Shown: positions 41,106 to 58,444 of the stretch, one piece after another
How the letters are laid out: each line of letters begins with the position of its first letter
How positions within the stretch are numbered: the stretch's first letter is position 1
Assembly: GCF_009914755.1 (NCBI RefSeq)
Contig: NC_060937.1
Strand: one strand, 5' to 3'
Source: the human T2T-CHM13v2.0 reference genome, Homo sapiens
Length of the DNA: 64,000 nucleotides
Notes under the pieces: generated by a model
The model's input: the letters and a program-made list of their open reading frames with translations, nothing else
The model's database searches: none
Told to the model about the DNA's origin: nothing
Position numbers and translations under genes: made by a program

Positions 41106-41415
41106 GGCCTGGGTGTGGTGGCTCACACCTGTAATGCCATTACTTTGGTAGGCCAAAGCAGGCAGATCACCTGAGGTCAGGAGTTTGAGATCAGCCTGGC
41201 CAACATGGTGAAACCTTATCTCTACTGAAAATATAAACATTAGCTGGGCGTGGTGGTGCGCACCTGTAGTCCCACCCTCAGGAGGCTAAGACAGGAGAAT
41301 TGCTTGAACCTCAGAGGTGGAGGTTGCTGCGAGCCAAGATCATACCATTGCACTCCAGCCTGTGTGACAGAACGAGGCTCTGTCTTGGGGGGAAAAAAGT
41401 TTATAATAAAAAAAA
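41106..41415 (+). mobile_element. AluS, the only + strand Alu in a field of minus-strand Alus; no 3' TSD
   Basis: Alu consensus followed by the duplicated 96-bp segment. Confidence 0.92.
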
Positions 41416-41417
41416 TT

Positions 41418-41513
41418 TCAAAGGATGGGTACCTTGTTTTGGAACAGTTGACTATGTTCTCTAGAGTGCCATCCTACTGTAAAAATGGATACATTTCAAC
41501 AAAAGTCCTTTTT
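41418..41513 (+). repeat. Inverted duplication, copy A (96 bp, non-Alu)
   Basis: 88/96 gapless identity, by manual alignment, to the reverse complement of 43674-43769. Confidence 0.95.
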
Positions 41514-42209
41514 TTTCCCTTGGTATACTGAAGTTTTACTAAAATGTGACAAAGTGTGGATTTATTACTCTTTTTCTCCCTCCCTTCCTCCCTTACATTT
41601 TTGCTTCCTTTTTGCTTGGTATAAGTTGTGTTTCCTATATTTGTAGATTCATGTCTTTTATCCATTTTGTAAAATTTCCATTAGCAATTCACATATGGCC
41701 TCTGTTTCTCCTTTCTATTCTTTCCTTCAGAGATGCTGAGTACACGTAGTTGGAAACTTCATTCTATCCTCCTTCTCTCTTAATATCTTCTCATGTTTTC
41801 TTCTTGTTTCTCTGTGTTACATTCTCAAGTTAGTTCTTCATGTTTAATTTCCAGTTTTCTAATTCTGTCTTCAATTGTGTCTAATCCGTTTAACCCATCC
41901 TCTGAGGTTTTTTGTTTTTTGGTTTTTGTTTTGCTTTTTTTTTGAGACGAAGTCTTGCTCTGTGGCTCAGGCTGGAGTGCAGTGGCATGATCTCGGCTCA
42001 CTGTAACCTCCGCCTCCTGGGTTCAAGCAATTCTCCTGCCTAGGCCTCCCAAGTAGCTGGGATTATAAGCATGCACCACCACGCCCAGCTGATTTTTGTA
42101 TTTTTAGTAGAGATGGGGTTTCACCATGTTGGCCAGGCTGGTCTCAAACTCCTGAGCTCAGGTGATCCACTTGCCTCGGCCTCCCAAAGTACTGGAATTT
42201 CCGGTGTGA

Positions 42210-42555
<346 letters not shown>

Positions 42556-42924
42556 TGACCTTATGATCCGCCCGCCTCGGCCTCCCAAAGTGCTGGGATT
42601 ACAGGCATGAGCCACCGTGCCTGGCCATAAATAATTTTTAATCTAAAGAAGAGAAACTTTGGGACACTTATTTACTTTCCCTCATCAACAATCATGGATT
42701 ATTATGTCATGATTATGAGTGGCAAAGTCTTATATGCCTCAAGAAAACATAACATTATTGAGTGCTATGGCATTCTATAGAGAACTTCAATCTTTGGTCA
42801 TAGCATTAAGAGTTCTTGGTTTCATAGCCTCATGAGCCCTCTTTGAAATAACCTATCTAAATCATTTTTTGTTGTTTCTGCTGACTCTTACTTATGGCAT
42901 GAACCCATATGTATATTTTATTCA

Positions 42925-43028
42925 CATCAGATCTGTAATGTGCCAACGTTGCAGCAAGATTTGAAGGAGGTACATCTCACACAATAGCATGAGAAGTCAA
43001 TCATCATGCTTGTGAACCACAAAAGGAT
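42925..43028 (-). ncRNA. U13 (SNORD13-family) C/D box snoRNA retrocopy or pseudogene
   Basis: Minus strand reads ATCCTTTTGTGGTTCACAAGCATGATGATTG...TGTGTGAGATGT...GGCACATTACAGATCTGA, colinear with U13. C box TGATGA (43001-6), D box CTGA (42927-30), decayed A tail, 13-bp TSD CATGAACCCATAT (42898-910 and 43029-41). Confidence 0.9.
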
Positions 43029-43319
43029 CATGAACCCATATTCATTGGAATTAATTCAATCAATTCTTAGATCCCAAGAGCTTAGAGTGAGAAGGTTTTC
43101 CTCCAAAGAAAATTTGTGTTTGCTCCTACTGAAAGTCAAAGATATTACTAATGTGGGAGTCTCAATTTACTCTCTCTAACCTTGCAGTGGTCTCAAGGCT
43201 TAGTATTCTGATACTAGGTCTGATATAGGTATTTGATTCCCCGTGTCCTTATTTTTCTTTCACAAATCAGAATTCAACCTATTGCTTTTTGTTATTCCTC
43301 TGCTTCTGGAAAATTCTCT

Positions 43320-43354
<35 letters not shown>

Positions 43355-43673
43355 AGATGGACTCTCACTTTGTTGCTCAGTCTGGAGTGCAGTGGCTCAA
43401 TCTTGGCTCACTGCCACCTCTACCTCCTGGGTTCAAGCAATTCTCGTGCCTCAGCCTCCCGAGTAGCTAGGATTACAGGTGCCCACCACCAGGCCCAGCT
43501 AATTTTTGTATTTTTAGTAGAGACAGGTTTCACCATGTTGGCCAGGCGGGTCTTAAATTCCTGACCTCAGGTGATCCGCCCGCCTTGGCCTCCCGAAGTG
43601 CTGGGATTATAGGTGTAGGCCACCGTGCCCAGCTGAAAATTCTTTTACATTTTACTGAGCCCAAAAATGCATT

Positions 43674-43769
43674 AAAAAGTACTTTTGTTGAAATGTATCT
43701 ATTTTTACAGTAGGATAGCACTTCAGAGAACATGGTCAACCATTCCAAAACAAGGTACCCATCCTTTGA
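43674..43769 (-). repeat. Inverted duplication, copy B (96 bp, non-Alu)
   Basis: See copy A. The ORF track shows near-identical peptides SKDGYLVLE.LTMFS.V.SYCKN.YISTKVLF on opposite strands. Confidence 0.95.
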
Positions 43770-43782
43770 CATTTTTTTTTGA

Positions 43783-44010
<228 letters not shown>

Positions 44011-44070
44011 TGATCCACCCACGTTGGCCTCCCAAAGAGCTGGGATTACAGACTTGAGCCACCCCGCCTG

Positions 44071-44105
<35 letters not shown>

Positions 44106-45076
44106 CAGGGTCTTGCTGTGTCACCCAGGCTGGAATGCAGTTGTTCAATCATTGCTCACTGCAGCCTCAACCTCCCAGGCTTAAACAATCCTCCCACTTC
44201 AGCCTCTTGAGTAGCTGGGACCACAGGTGTGTGCCACTGTGCCTGGCTAATTTTTTTATTTTTATTTTGTAGAGATGGGGGTCTCTCTATGTTGCCCAGG
44301 CTTGGTTATAAACTTTAAAACAATTAGTCTAAAATTCATTCTTACACATTATTTAAAAAGCCAAATAGTTATAAAGCAACCCCCAACCATTATTGTTTCC
44401 CCCTTTCCAGAGACAATCCCTTTTACCTGTTCTGGCTTATTCATATGCCATTTTCTTCAATATTTCTAAATAATACATTTTTTTTTTTTTGAGATGGAGT
44501 CTCGCTCTGTCACCCAGGCTGGAGTGCAGTGGCACAATCTCTGCTCACTGCAACATCTGCCTCCCGGGTTCAAGCAGTTCTTTGCCTCAGCCTCTCCGGT
44601 AGCTGGGATTATAGGCGCCCAGCACCACACCTGGCTAATTTTTTTGTATTTTTAGTAGAGACAGGGTTTCACCATCTTGGCCAGGCTGGTCTTGAACTCC
44701 TGACCTCGTGATCTACCCACCTCGGCCTCCCAAAGTGCTGGGATTACAGGCGTGAGCCACTGCGCTTGGCAATAATACATTTCTTAAATTTTTTTTTTTC
44801 TATTTCAGGCATGATATATTGACTCCTCACTATGGAGAATGAGGATTTATCATTCCTCCCTCTCCACCTTGTCTCTGCCACGTGTGAACCTTGCCCATCC
44901 CCCAGTTGTCCCAATACAATTATATTTTAACTTTAGTAAGGTTAATATTCAGTGTAAAAACTATTTAGAGCTGAACTATATAGTAATAAATGATTATCTT
45001 TCTATTTCTGCCAGACCTATTGTTTTCCATGGAGGTGGAGTTCATAATTGCCTTTTTTTTTCTGGCTTAGCTTTCC

Positions 45077-49481
<4,405 letters not shown>

Positions 49482-50009
49482 TCTGGCTTAGTTTTCTGTC
49501 AATACCCACTTCATGACTAATTGTCTGAATCTCCCCTTCGCATGTTCAGAAGCATCCAGTATTCTATCGGTTCATTTCTTGGAGAAGTCTCTCCCTGAAC
49601 CATCCAGTCCCTTGAAGTCTGGGCTGCTGGTCCTTCAGGCAGTGGCACAACTGGAATCCTGAACTCTCCCTTCCCCACCATTCTGGGGATTCCCTTCACC
49701 TTTCCCTTGTGATCAGTGTCCTGTTTTCTACATCCTATGACTTTTCATTTCTAGGTATGTTTCTGTGTTGGGGTGAGGCATATCCGCCAATGGCTCCTGA
49801 GAAACGGCTTCCTTCTGAAGCATAGAAGCAACTTATATGAACATAATCTCATTTTTTTTCTAATTTGGCTTGTAAAGAGTAGAGATCTATTTGGAGTCTA
49901 AACCAAAGAATTGTGATTTGAGGAAGGCCTTTTTTTGGGAACCTAAGTTAATATTCTAGGATGTCACTTGTGGGCAACTTAATTTGATACCAGCAGTCTG
50001 AGTTAGTGG

Positions 50010-50610
50010 AAAGGGTAGAGGGCTTGGCAACAGAAAACTCATTTACATTTCCCAGTTTTGACACTTGCTAGCCAGGGAATTTGAGTCCTGTAATCTCATG
50101 AGCCTCTGTTTCTTTAATCTATCCCATGAGGTTGGTGATAATGAAACACACACCACCCACCACAGGGCCAGCTGTGAGGCTCAAACAGAAAAGCCCTTTG
50201 TAAACTCTGAAATGCTACATAAATAGTGTCTTTTTTAAAAAAAAACAAACAAAAAACAGCGGTGTCATTTTTAAAGAGGGTAAAGCTTAGAAAATTTAAG
50301 AGAGTGAGTAATTAGTATGTCCCTTAAGGTATCTCTTTAACATACAGGAGCATAATTTGATAGTCAGGAACTTTAGAGCCGTATTGCTTGTGCCTGTGTC
50401 TGGATTCTGATAACATTTTGTCCTAACAATGTGACCTTGGGGAAATTAATTCCACATCTTTGTACCTCCATTTCCTCTTCTGTAAAATAAGAGTAAGGAT
50501 GGTAAGAGTAGTATTCCACCCCACAGAATTAGATTAAAGGGGCCTGACATTTGTGAAGTGCTGAGAGCTGTGCCCAGCACATATAAGTGCTATGTGAGCA
50601 TTTGATAAAT
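50010..50610 (+). mobile_element. Two MIR fragments (~50010-50220, ~50390-50610)
   Basis: GAGCCTCTGTTTCTTTAATCT and TGTGACCTTGGGGAAATT...CCTCCATTTCCTCTTCTGTAAAAT cores. Confidence 0.7.
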
Positions 50611-51908
50611 CCATAAATAGCCATTGTCTTAACCGTGCTCCCAAACAAGTGTCTGAGAGCATCAGTTCAAGTCTCTGGTGATTGATTGCTTTAGAATGCC
50701 AAGACTTACTGGTATTGATTATTACCTTAGAGTCCTGACTCTCACAGGGTAATATATTGGGACAGATAGGTTTTCTCTCTAAATATCATGGAGTTTGCCA
50801 ATTTTGCTATTTTTTAAGCTTCCCCCCTCAATGGTAGACAAAGAAAAGACTCTAATGCCAGAAAAACGCCACTTTTCCACTTAAGCTCCTATATAGATTT
50901 CTTAACATGAGGGGGCTGGAAACAGCCATCTGAGAAAGATGTTACTTATTTTTTTTCCCTCCAGAAGCCAGAGAGAAAAATAAGTCATTTTATTGAACTG
51001 CTAAACAATAGATTTTTACTTTGCATTATTGTGCCAGATACTTGAGCAGTTCTCGGAAGAAAGGGAAAAAGAAAAAGTCCAGAGAAGGCAGCACCATCTG
51101 GCTGAGGACAGTTCAGAGCAAGTGGGAGCTGGGCTGGAGGCTGGACACTGAGCAAGACCCACACACAGTGACCCTTCCCCACCGTGGGAAACAGGAATGG
51201 GAGGGCAGCTGCAGGTGGGCTGGGATTGTCTGGGGAGAGCTGGCCACCCTCAGTAGAGGGGGCAGGGGAAGCACCTGGTTGAGTGGGGATCAGAGCAGCC
51301 GCTCTCTTCTCAGCCAGCTGCTCCACGTGGCAGAGTACTCAGGACAACCAGGAGGGCCGCCTTGTTGCAGCTGCCTTCCTCGGTGAAACACAGAGGAAGG
51401 CAAATGCCTTCTAAGTGGCAGTCAGTGCTTTGGCAATCCCTCCACCCCACACCCCACCCTACGCCCCACCCCTGGAGTTTCTCAACTGGGCCATGCTCTT
51501 TGAATGCTTCTCCTGCCAAGGCCTAAAAGAAGGTGAGTGGTTGTGGAGGCGAGAACAACTGGAGGCTGTGCTGTAGAGAAGGGAGTGCAGCTATGACCCC
51601 CACAGTGAGCCCCTTCCTAAGTGCCTCTTCCCCAAACAGAAATTCCTGCAAGGCCTCCTGTAGTCACCTGTTAGACTGCAGAACCGGGGAGGCACTCCAT
51701 TTGTCAGTGTGAGTTGCTCAGAAAGAAACGCCCAATATCATTCAAAGTTATTGGCTTATTATTAGTCTTTATTATTAATTTATTAGTACTCTTTATTATT
51801 ATTACTTTAATTGCCATACAGATGGAGGGTCCTTTCCACCTGAGCATATATATTCTCTCTACTTTGTGCTCTCATTTATACTTCTTCTTGTGCACATGTG
51901 CATACATA

Positions 51909-51933
51909 ACACACACACACACACACACACACA
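51909..51933. repeat. (CA)n microsatellite
   Basis: About 12 CA units. Confidence 0.95.
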
Positions 51934-53003
51934 AAGTACGTAGACCTTAAAGCCCCATTTATGCTTACATAGACACACCGTACACATACACGAATCCATT
52001 TGGCTAACTTTTAAATTCCTCAGTGCTGTCACTTTTGTTGAAATAAATTAGTGGAGTGGCTAGGTGTATACTTCCCACAGCGAGCCAGTGAACTAATGTG
52101 CAGGGAATGATTAAATGTATACAGGGGCATGGGGAGCCAACTCCTCTTCAATAGGGGTGTGAAATTAGGATGGGAAGGCTCCTCTCCCAGGTGCCTTGCT
52201 TTTATTAAAAGACTTAAGAGCTCAGGAGATGTCTTCAATAGGAATTAGGATATCTGAGTCTTTCTGGAACAGTGTGGAAAGCTGAACTGTGCTTAGGAAC
52301 TCTGCAAGGTCTTTTTGATCCTTAAAGCTTCTGATATAAAAACCTATCCAGGTTTTTATAAAAGTAGTAAAGTGTTTTCAGTCTTTTATTAATCTCTTCA
52401 TACCCTTAAATAACCTTTCCCCTTTTGAACAGTAATTGTTAAAAAATAAATAAAAAACAACAAAAAATTTTTTCTCATTGTTTTATTCTTCAAACCAGGC
52501 ATCCTCTTAATGCAAGGATTCAAATATCTCTATTAGGGTCATAATAGTCAGCAATTTCCATTTAATGAGATCAGCAAAGTCTCTTTTCAAAGAGATGCAG
52601 GCTTTAAATTGCCAGTTATTTCTTTTCCTGCAATTCCTAGGAATCCAATTAAGTAAGACTGAGTATGATCTATAATGTGATATATCTGGCTACAGAAAGC
52701 CCGGGCCTAGGCAATAAAACAGATCTTTGAGCTCCAGCTCAAAATTAAGATTAAAAAAAAAAAAAAGAAAGAAAATGCAGCTTAAATGATTCAAAGCTTT
52801 ATAAATGTGGAAACTGCATCCATTTCCTCTAATATGAAGTAAGAAATAGCTTCGAGACTATGGTGAAAATCATTAAAGTTACTTATTCCAAATATAGCTA
52901 CTAATTAAAATCTCTCCGTTGGACCAGGACCACAGGTGATTTTTACAAAATAAATTTAAGAGGTTTTGGTTTGCTAAATCTGTGACTAACGAATCAAATA
53001 TGT

Positions 53004-53295
<292 letters not shown>

Positions 53296-53444
53296 ATTCA
53301 AGTGTATATAACCACTGCCAAAATAAAGAGAAGATAGTGTGAAATCATGCAGAGAACATGCTTCATATCAAAACATAGTATTCTTTTCAGTTTTTAAAAA
53401 TTTCATTTGCCACAATTTATAACAGTATTAAATACTATATTTTC

Positions 53445-53445
<1 letters not shown>

Positions 53446-53484
<39 letters not shown>

Positions 53485-53768
53485 TTGAGATGGAGTCATA
53501 TGCTGTCACCCAGGCTAGAGTGCAGTGGTGCTGTCTTGGCTCACCACAACCTCCACCGTCTGAGTTCAACCAATTCTCATGCCTCAGCCTCCCGAGTAGT
53601 TGGGATTACAGGCATGTGCCACCACACCTGGCTAATTTTTGTATTTTTGGTAGAGGCAGGATTTCACCATGTTGGCCAGGCTGATCTAGAACTCCTGACC
53701 TCAGGTGATCCATCTGTCTTGGCCTCCCAAAGTGCTGGGATTATAGGTGTAAGCCACCACACCCAGGC
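53446..53768 (-). mobile_element. AluS with a (TTA)n microsatellite tail
   Basis: TSD TAAATACTAT. Confidence 0.93.
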
Positions 53769-54248
53769 TAAATACTATGTTTTTAATAATAAATCAGTGG
53801 GTGTATTTTAAGTCATAATTTAATATTCTGATTTAGAGACAGAGTTCAGCAATAATATCATACTTTTGCCATGTATTTTTAAATATATCAAAGCTTCTCA
53901 GGATGGTGGTAGTGGTGGTTTAAATCTTATTCTGTACCGGCTATGCAGGCCGCATGGTGTTTTGCTGATAACAGAGGAGGAAAGTGTGGCTCGTGAGGAG
54001 CAAATGTCAAGTCAGGAATTAACTCAAGACACAGCCTGCCCTTCTACTAAAAATGTGCTATTTCAAATATGTTTTTGCAATTTCCTCCATGTAATGCAGT
54101 TGTGTTAGCCATTTATTGGTCAGAAATTAACCTCCAAAAGTTAACAGTTGGGCCCTGAATTCTCAGCCAAGTCTAGTCTAAGAAGCAGCATATTCTTGGG
54201 CAAGTTATTGATTAACTCCAGGTAATTAAACCAAAAAGACTTTTCTAG

Positions 54249-54746
<498 letters not shown>

Positions 54747-55314
54747 TCATCTAAGCCCCCTGCCATTTTGCAGGGGAAGGCTGATAACCTGGCCCAACTG
54801 GTGCAGGTCTGCAGGGCATGGGGCAGGGTGGAATGTTGTCAAGAGTTTCTCTTTCCTAGAGCTGTGGATGGATAGGTACACAGGGGAAAGCAAAGTAGAG
54901 AGGGCCAGTAAGTGGAAAAAAACTGTTCCACATAGTCAGAGCAAAGGGAGCCTGAAGTAGGTATGAGAGCCCAAATTTGTGGTCAAGACATAAGAGGATT
55001 AGGAAGAACAGACCTAGGAACTTCTACTGGTCAGGGCCCTCATGGCTCCCTGTGCTGGCAGCCATGATTGGGCTGCTTCACTGGAGACATGCTGCATGCC
55101 ATCAGCCTTCAACTTTGAGGGCCACAGGTGGGGTGGGCACTAACACATCTCCTTCCTGGGTTTGGCTGGAGGACAGTGGCCTCCTTGAATTTTGGCCCAT
55201 TCCTAAACTGAAGGCAGTTCCCCACCATAGTTCCTTCCAGCCTCTCCCCTTCCTAAGAGGGCCAGGCTGTGGAGCTGACCATGGTGCTGAAGATGATCTG
55301 AGATTGATTCCAGA

Positions 55315-55520
55315 GAACATTTAGGGAGTACTTCCTGTGTGCTAGCACTATTTCTAAGTGCTCTGCATGGGTTAACTCATTTCATGTTCATAGCAATTCT
55401 ATGAAAGAGGTGCTATTATTCTCCCCATTGACAGATGACAGATAAGGAAAGTGGAATACAGAGAGGTTAACAAACTTGCCCAAGGTCACACAGCTAATAA
55501 GCAAGGAAGCCAGGCAGAGC
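55315..55520 (-). mobile_element. MIR
   Basis: CCCCATTGACAGATGA...GAGAGGTTAACAAACTTGCCCAAGGTCACACAGCTA. Confidence 0.85.
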
Positions 55521-56432
55521 TGCACTTTGATCACCACATTTGCTAATGAAGGTTATTAACAGAGCCACACAAAACCTCCTGGATTTTCACTTGTCCAATA
55601 TCATCCTAGCAGAAGTGAGCCAAGGTTCCCCATCTCAAGTTGCCAGGCAGGTTGCTGTGGGGTGGCATCTTGGAGAGTCAGACACAGTAGTGTAGACTGG
55701 TTGGGTACAAGCAAAAGTGGGCAGCCCACCTACTCCATCTAGTCAGTCACCACACCCTAATGTTATGACTTACTTCATACCTGCTTCCCTGGTAGGCTCT
55801 TGGCTTTGTGAAGAGGGTGCCATCGTATCCCCCATTGCTTACCAGGGTGCCCAAGACATAGTCATAGTAGGTATTCAGCAAATATTTTATGAATAAATGG
55901 GTTACATGTGATCAATATATGGTAGCTGTTATTAATTTGCTATTATTTCAACATTGATAGAAGCACCATGTTGTAGAAATTATAGTCCCTTTTTATTTTA
56001 TATTTGTCATGCCCCACTTTGGGAGTTATATAGAGTTCAGAGTGCATCTTAGTCTCATATAGATGCATGTGTGGAGACAGAAATGAAAGAACTCAAGTCA
56101 TGAGTTGAGCGATTTTAATGCCTAAATACATGTATGACTGAATTTTTGTTATATGTTAGATTTGGGATCTTACAGTATATTTAAGATTTAAGATCTTATA
56201 GTATCTCAGGAAGATAGTTCCACTGACATGAAAATAACTCTGAACTGTCTCTTTTAGAGGATGTATAAGCATTCCATGTTAACAGAACTTGCAGTGGCAG
56301 TTAGAAAATATTCCAGTCAAATTTCTGGTTTTGGAGCTGAGTTTATTGCCTGTTTGTTGTTTGATCTTATTCAAATCATGTTTTTGTTGTGTTGTATTAA
56401 TATATAAAAGATTTCTGTGTCTGCCATGTTAG

Positions 56433-56437
<5 letters not shown>

Positions 56438-56484
<47 letters not shown>
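56438..56484. repeat. (TG)n microsatellite
   Basis: About 23 perfect TG units. Confidence 0.97.
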
Positions 56485-56486
<2 letters not shown>

Positions 56487-58197
56487 AAACAACACTCCAC
56501 AGCTGAGCTCTTGGAGGACCAGGCCTATTTTGACAGCTCCCCTTAGTCCATGTATCACCAAGCTCATTCTCTGCCAATACGTTCCACGTGATTTTGTGGA
56601 CATGTGTAGCACGCCTGTGCAACTTGCAAACACCCATACATTATTACAATAATAATTGGGTTTTGATGCAACTGGAACTCAGTACTACCAAGCTGCCAGC
56701 ATTTCCTTTTGGCTACCAGTACTAGGCAGGAAAATTATAGCCTAACTGTCTTCCTGTTTATTGATAAACAAAGTGGCCAGCCCAGCAATGGAGCCTGATT
56801 AGCAGTTTGCACCCTTTGTGAAAGGATAAACAGAACCCTACTGTTTTCTGTGTTTGACTGCAATTTGCATCTTTAAAGAGGTTGGACTGCCCTGAGATTC
56901 ATGTTCAACTTGAGTGCCTGGATGTTCTTTGATATGTTACATGTCAGCCTCCTTGTTTTCCTCTCCTTCATCTTGAAACAATATTTGCCAGAGTTTCTCT
57001 GTTCCCATCTGGCTTACCATAAGCTTCCCCATAGTCACCTATCTGAAGAAGGAGGGAGGGAAGAGGCAGGAGAAGAAACGTCTCTGTTTCACTGCGCTCA
57101 AATTTTACATTCCCAGAAGGCCCTTTAATGTCATCTCAATTCCATTTTTTGAAGAGATAGTAATATAAGAATGAAGACCAAAAGACAAAAGAGAATCTGC
57201 TTACTGCTCTCTTTGGCCCATGGGATCATGTTTGGGCTCGTTCCCCCTCCATCATCTTCACTCACTCAGCAAAAAGTGCCTTCCCCCTTTGTAAAGTGAA
57301 ATGTGGTATTAGTCACCTACCTCAAGTTTGGGGAGTGTTCTGTTCTGAAATTTATTCTAACCTAATTAGATTCTTAAACTAAATGGTAACAGAGCAAATA
57401 GTTGGCTCCCTCTGTAATTATTTTCCAGTGAAAGAAATGAAGATCATTTTAATTGGAATTTGCATGATGTAAAAGAGAGTATTAATACATGTAAACATCC
57501 ATTAATCTGTTTAAACAAACTTTCCCCTTAATCCTTACCGTATGTAAACAACATTTGTTTTGCCTTAGAGATATTGCATGATTGGACCCACGAGACTCCA
57601 GTTATCCCACTGAACAGTTACGTTTTATAACTTCAAAAGAAATGTTATATATTTATTGGAGGTTGTAGGGTGTTAAGTGTAGTTAGACATAAATTGTACC
57701 TCAGCTATTTTGTTAATGCCAATAGGGATTAAATTAGATTTTTATAGCTGCTGTAGAAGTCTATTTGGTAGTTAACAAGTGGGATTTTTAAATCCTGGGA
57801 AACATAATCCTATTATAACACAGGCAGCTGAATTAACATAACCCAGGAAGGGACTCTTCGTGGATTAGCATTTTTTGACAATAACAAAGAAAATCATCAA
57901 ATTGTGTGGGGATATTACATGCTTTTCTCAAAAGTAAGAACAGCGAATTGGGAAAAGGAAACGAGAAATGGCCAAACATGCTATTTCTTAGAGACCGTTT
58001 CTTTTTAAGGGAAAGACAGTGGAGGCTGGGCAGTAAGCTGAATAAATGTCTGCTATTTTCTGTGAAGTCAGTAATGCTTTTTCAGTTATTATTAAACTCT
58101 TGAATCTGAGAATTATAGAGCTGGAAAGAACTTTGACATTTATTTAATTTTTATAGTCCTATTCAAATATTTACTTCAAACACTTCAGAAAGATGGA

Positions 58198-58266
58198 TAT
58201 ATCTCACATATATACATATATACACATACATATAAATATATACACGTATATTGCATGATATACACA

Positions 58267-58303
<37 letters not shown>

Positions 58304-58309
58304 ACACAC
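58198..58309. repeat. Compound (TA/CA)n microsatellite
   Basis: ATATATACAT... followed by a (CA)n tract at 58271-58309. Confidence 0.9.
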
Positions 58310-58444
58310 TTAATAGTATATGAGTGGCCTTTTTAAAGAAGAGCCTTTCTTAAGTCTTAGCAATTGGTTTTCACATGCTGGTGAGGGTGATTATTAGAGC
58401 TTGCAGGACTTGCCAATTTTCATTTGCACGGGTATCATCTTAGC

